Virus record (IMG/VR): IMGVR_UViG_3300049201_000008
Location: 1 to 64,000 of that record
DNA from: a virus
Lineage: Duplodnaviria > Caudoviricetes
Length of the DNA stretch: 64,000 nucleotides
Strand: one strand, 5' to 3'
This document shows, piece by piece, positions 60,194-64,000 of this stretch. Below the pieces are notes generated by a model. The model made no database searches and was not told where the DNA came from. It saw only the letters and a program-made list of their open reading frames with translations. Numbering within the stretch: position 1 is the first letter of the stretch; each line of letters begins with the position of its first letter. The translations under genes were made by a program, and so were the position numbers.

Positions 60194-61369
60194 TCAGACA
60201 GCCATTCTGTCTTCTTTCAGCATCTCTTTAGCGCGTGGCACCCATGACGCAAACCCTGATTTCTCCAATGTCGAATAAATGAGATCGCGCGAGTCAGGCA
60301 GCTTTGACGACGGATCATGACTGGTCCTTCTCAACCACACCATGAGATCGTTAACAATCTCGGCGTCGTAGGCCTGCTGATCCCAGTGATCTTTAATCGG
60401 GATTCCTCGGCTTTCCAAGGCACTTAGAACCCTCTCCATCTGCATAAAACTGATGCCAACCGCTTGCGCTTGATTCCCCGCTTCCGTGAGGCCATAAACC
60501 ATTCCACCGACCATGTTGAGGTATTCAAGAGACTTAGCGCGCGGTTTCAGGAACACCTTTGCAAGGCGGCCTCCCCGCCTCCTATTGATGATTGTTATGT
60601 CACCAAGGGAACGGCCCAAGAGTTGCATTCCGTGGAGGGCGGAGCCCTCAGCGACGATCAATCGTTCTGCGGACGCGAACACCCGCAGTTGCTCTGCGAG
60701 AGGAGACGTCTCGGGGCGGAATATAGAAACGCCTGCTGCCTTCATCGCCGCCTCGAAAGCGACTTCGCCAGCGAACTTGCCGGCAATCCCGGCCCGCGAG
60801 ACATAAACCGTGTCCTGCTTTCCTTCGGTCGAAAAGTGTCGCGCGGTCACTTCGTCCAGAATGTCAAGATAATCCTCTGTCGGGCCGACGGTGCTGTTCT
60901 GCTCTGCTTGCGGGACGACATGCAAAGTCTCGAACAGCGTCGGTTCGGCGACGAAATGGATACGCTCTGGCGGGACTTGGAACCATTCCAGAAGCATCTG
61001 CTCAAACCATTTCGGCGCATCGTCCAAGCCGGCGACCAACTGTCGCTTCTCGCTGGAGAACACAAGTTTTGCGTTCTCGTTTTGGCGCAGGGACTCGGCT
61101 ATTCGGGTAGAATAGTCGACAATCCCATGCCCAAAATGCGAGTGGACCGGCCCTCCCCAGAACCAATCACCGCCGCTGATCCTGACTGCCGGTTCCACAT
61201 CGTCTGGCCGGGTATCGGATGGCGTTCCGTTTCGATTGAACCGAGCCTCAATCTGATTATCCCAATCCGGCCAGATCGGGCCTCCCTTGTGGTCATGCCC
61301 GCCGTGCAGACTCTGAAGCAGGCCGTCAAAAGGAACAACGGTGACATTAGAGAATGTGATCATGTGCAA
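60194..61369 (-). CDS. Glycosyltransferase family 61 (DUF563) protein
   Basis: GGPVHSHFGH, VYVSR, PETSPLAEQLRVF..AE.LIVAEGSALH. Confidence 0.85.
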   Translation of the reverse strand: MHMITFSNVTVVPFDGLLQSLHGGHDHKGGPIWPDWDNQIEARFNRNGTPSDTRPDDVEPAVRISGGDWFWGGPVHSHFGHGIVDYSTRIAESLRQNENAKLVFSSEKRQLVAGLDDAPKWFEQMLLEWFQVPPERIHFVAEPTLFETLHVVPQAEQNSTVGPTEDYLDILDEVTARHFSTEGKQDTVYVSRAGIAGKFAGEVAFEAAMKAAGVSIFRPETSPLAEQLRVFASAERLIVAEGSALHGMQLLGRSLGDITIINRRRGGRLAKVFLKPRAKSLEYLNMVGGMVYGLTEAGNQAQAVGISFMQMERVLSALESRGIPIKDHWDQQAYDAEIVNDLMVWLRRTSHDPSSKLPDSRDLIYSTLEKSGFASWVPRAKEMLKEDRMAV

Positions 61370-61419
61370 CGCCTCATTGAAGAGGTCGTTTTAGTGCCTC
61401 ACCCTGTCCTTGCCAACCC

Positions 61420-64000
61420 CTATAGCTCGCCTGAGACCGTGATCGTTGCCACCGTAACAGACGCGCTACTCGTCACAACGTCGCATCCGATCGTATTTTC
61501 GTTAGTGACGGCGGGGCTGTTGCTGCCTGACACGTTCACCGTCACGGGCTTCCGCAGAGGCGGCCTAAAGGCCACGTACCGAGACACGTTGTTGGCGTTG
61601 ACGCCGAGCGACTGGTAGAAGGCTTGACACCGCAGCAATTCCTCGACTACGCCACGCCGCCGCAACAGAGGCCTATCGAACCCTGGGTAAAGGTCCGCAG
61701 CGATCCTGAGGTAACCGTTCTGTGCCAATGCGGTCTCAGTCCAGAAGACTACCGCAAGGTTGGCGCACGAGCTTCCCACGTGTCCGAACAGCGCCGCGAT
61801 GTTGGTTAAGGTCGTCGCCGTGAGGGTCGTTGCGTCTATCGCGAGGACGTTGTAGTTCGCCGCGAAGAAGTTCCCGGCTGTATACGTCGTGGATGCCCAG
61901 TTGTTGATGACATCTCGCGTGGGCGCGTTGGCCGTAGAGGCCCACTCAAGGACGGCATAACGGATCGATATGCCCGCCGAACAGTAGAGTTTGGAGACCA
62001 TGGAGAGCAGACGCCCTATGTGAGCCTTGCTGTCAGTGGTGTCTACGAAGGCCACCGCGCCTAGCTTCTTGGCCGTAGCGTCTGGTTGGAGGTATTGCCC
62101 CATGAAGGGAACACTGTCAGCGGGAGCAGTGCTGACCGAGAAGGTAACGTTCGAAGTGTCACCCGCCTCACACAGCGCCACCCAACCGTCCGCCCCATAA
62201 GCGCCATCGGCAACCGTGATGCCATTACCGCGCTGGATGACGCCAGAGAAAGGATTGAGCAGAAGCCCTTGATGGCTGAAGCCAAAATCCTCCCAGTCGA
62301 TCGCTTCGTCTTTTAGGGAGGATACCGACCCCGTCCGACTGAAGACTGTCGTAAACTTGCATTGCCGAAGCCTGGCAGACTTGCACGCCCCATAACGCAG
62401 GGAATAGCTGGCAAGTTCTTGGGCGTCTTCAACAACGATATTGTACCGGCCTTCCGTCTCGTGACCGCTAAGGATCGTTGCTGATTGTGGGGAACAGAAC
62501 ACGCGGGGGTTCTTCACGCCGCGAATGAGAACGTCCGTATCATTACCCTTCTGAGTCTCGCCTCGATAGAAGATGGCTTGGAAACGCGGTGTAGAGCCGT
62601 TCAACTCACCTGCAGGGTTGATGATCTTGCCCGGATCGATGGTGATGCGCCCACCAGTTACGACATGATTAGGAACATTCGCCGCGGTCGTCGGCGCGCC
62701 GTAGTAGACTAGGTTGATCGTGTTGTTGCTGTCGGCGCCGATCAGTTCGATAATATCCGGTTTGAGGATCACGCAATCCGGCTGCACGATGTCTCGACCG
62801 TAACCGGCGCCGCTATTGTTGAAGGTGTCGAACAGGCCGAACTTCATAAGTTCGACTGTGTGGCCGGTCTCGATCTCATTGCTGTAGTCGTAGATCGTGA
62901 TCGTCCCGCCGATGATTGCCGCGGTGCCTCCCCATTCAGGCAGATCTTGCCGCATGTTCATGCAGCGAGGTGTCTCTGACGAACCGGCGCCACCAGAACC
63001 GAGATGGAAATGGCAGTCAATGGCGCGGATGTTCGAACCCGCGCAGTGGATCAGGTTCGGATTGTTCATGTTCCGGTGGCCAAGGACGCAATTGTATAGG
63101 TCCATGTATTCGATCCAGTGGCCGCCAGCGCCATCGGGGAGTACACAGTCGCGGACTGTTACATATTTCGAGCCCGTCGCGTCGATGTCCCTCCGATTGC
63201 CGCCACCGCCACACCGCAGATAGTTTACAACAGTGCAATAGCCGCTGTTGAACGCATACTGGGTCGATTGATCTCCGAGGCCAAATACGTTGCAGTCCTC
63301 CCACGTCAATTTTGAAGCATTAAAGCCAACGAACCCCTGCTGAATATTCTGTCCGGATTCGTTGAAGATTATGACATTCTTCACGAGCGTATTGGGCCGG
63401 CTGATCGCCACCACGCGGCTCATTCCGGAGCTGCTGCCCGAAATCACACGGACGCGGAAATTACCAAAGAAATGCTGCTCGCGAATTCGGCGGCGCTGGC
63501 AAGTCGCCGCCGAAAACGGCATGGTGAACGTCCTGGCCATGGGAACGTCAAGATTTCCCAACTCGTCGACGATGGTGAACGTTTCCCCCTTGGCGTCGCC
63601 CCCGCCACCACTGGACCGCAGCAGGAAAACCTGATCGGTGGCCAAAAGATAATATTGCCAGCCCTTATTCGCGTCACTCGCGAGGGCTGGAATTTTCCGT
63701 GAGCCTTTGCGAAGCCCGGTTGTCCATGTGTTGATCGTCGCGAGACTGACGGTGTTGTCGATGTCGTCGGCCAAGGAATCGTTGCCGATGACATTGTGAG
63801 ACTGCCCGCTGTTGGGGACGGTAAATTCACATCCGCAACCGTCGAAAGGAACCTTTAACGTCAGCATGAGCGCCGAAGAACAGACGTACGTCACGCCCTT
63901 CGTGCCGCGAGCCTCAAGCCCAAGCGTGTTGCACGCGCTCACCCATGCGGCAAGGACGGCGTCGTCATTGGCACCTTCACCTATCCGGTTGCCGCCGACT
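61420..64000 (-). CDS. Tailspike/tail fibre with predicted beta-helix (5' truncated at window edge)
   Basis: Frame open to the edge; GANDDAVLAA pectate-lyase-like motif, Gly/Asn-rich repeats, C-terminal NGFE-like/ELLRCQAFYQ segment; over 840 aa. Confidence 0.85.
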   Translation of the reverse strand, partial: VGGNRIGEGANDDAVLAAWVSACNTLGLEARGTKGVTYVCSSALMLTLKVPFDGCGCEFTVPNSGQSHNVIGNDSLADDIDNTVSLATINTWTTGLRKGSRKIPALASDANKGWQYYLLATDQVFLLRSSGGGGDAKGETFTIVDELGNLDVPMARTFTMPFSAATCQRRRIREQHFFGNFRVRVISGSSSGMSRVVAISRPNTLVKNVIIFNESGQNIQQGFVGFNASKLTWEDCNVFGLGDQSTQYAFNSGYCTVVNYLRCGGGGNRRDIDATGSKYVTVRDCVLPDGAGGHWIEYMDLYNCVLGHRNMNNPNLIHCAGSNIRAIDCHFHLGSGGAGSSETPRCMNMRQDLPEWGGTAAIIGGTITIYDYSNEIETGHTVELMKFGLFDTFNNSGAGYGRDIVQPDCVILKPDIIELIGADSNNTINLVYYGAPTTAANVPNHVVTGGRITIDPGKIINPAGELNGSTPRFQAIFYRGETQKGNDTDVLIRGVKNPRVFCSPQSATILSGHETEGRYNIVVEDAQELASYSLRYGACKSARLRQCKFTTVFSRTGSVSSLKDEAIDWEDFGFSHQGLLLNPFSGVIQRGNGITVADGAYGADGWVALCEAGDTSNVTFSVSTAPADSVPFMGQYLQPDATAKKLGAVAFVDTTDSKAHIGRLLSMVSKLYCSAGISIRYAVLEWASTANAPTRDVINNWASTTYTAGNFFAANYNVLAIDATTLTATTLTNIAALFGHVGSSCANLAVVFWTETALAQNGYLRIAADLYPGFDRPLLRRRGVVEELLRCQAFYQSLGVNANNVSRYVAFRPPLRKPVTVNVSGSNSPAVTNENTIGCDVVTSSASVTVATITVSGEL

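Larger units (their letters stand above)
1..64000. mobile_element. Temperate tailed phage genome (podovirus-like head module), un-integrated/circularly permuted, cut within the structural module
   Basis: Terminase, portal, capsid, cI/cro switch, integrase, endolysin and tailspike present; no host housekeeping genes; attP internal to phage genes. Confidence 0.93.

Noticed and set aside
60464-61618. 384-aa plus-strand ORF
   Set aside because: Antisense to GT61 and the tailspike end; no domain signature.
61420-64000. Diversity-generating retroelement, suggested by the BPP-1-like head genes
   Set aside because: No reverse transcriptase, Avd or adenine-mismatched TR/VR pair seen in the window; the missing genome segment cannot be assessed.
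1-64000. CRISPR array, IS transposase or rRNA
   Set aside because: No regularly spaced repeat-spacer array, no transposase motifs and no rRNA-like sequence seen by eye.

Overview
The window is almost entirely one temperate phage genome, probably from a rhizobial or other alphaproteobacterial host (GC-rich, tRNA-Val attachment core). It has a podovirus-type head module resembling the Bordetella phage BPP-1 portal/capsid arrangement. It appears un-integrated and circularly permuted: the integrase is followed by an intact attP containing the 3' part of tRNA-Val(UAC), with phage genes on both sides, and both window ends fall inside the structural module. Layout: (i) minus strand ~31 kb to 1: cro, DNA methylases, nucleases, replication-like genes, a MotA/ExbB-like three-gene membrane module, a putative late regulator, a hairpin-rich leader, terminase, portal, scaffold and capsid; (ii) plus strand 31-54.6 kb: cI, early genes, RecE-like exonuclease and annealase, xis/int, attP and accessory genes; (iii) minus strand 64-54.7 kb: tailspike (partial), a GT61 glycosyltransferase plus SAM-methyltransferase cassette, fibre-like proteins, endolysin and membrane proteins. 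The most notable signals are a 183-aa ORF nested in the +1 frame of the C5 methyltransferase (M.EcoHK31I-beta-like), the ExbB/MotB-like module, the GT61/MTase cassette beside the tailspike, two strand-specific structured-RNA candidates, a start-stop minigene after pL, and three T5orf172/GIY-YIG genes. All calls come from reading motifs by eye; no database searches were run.
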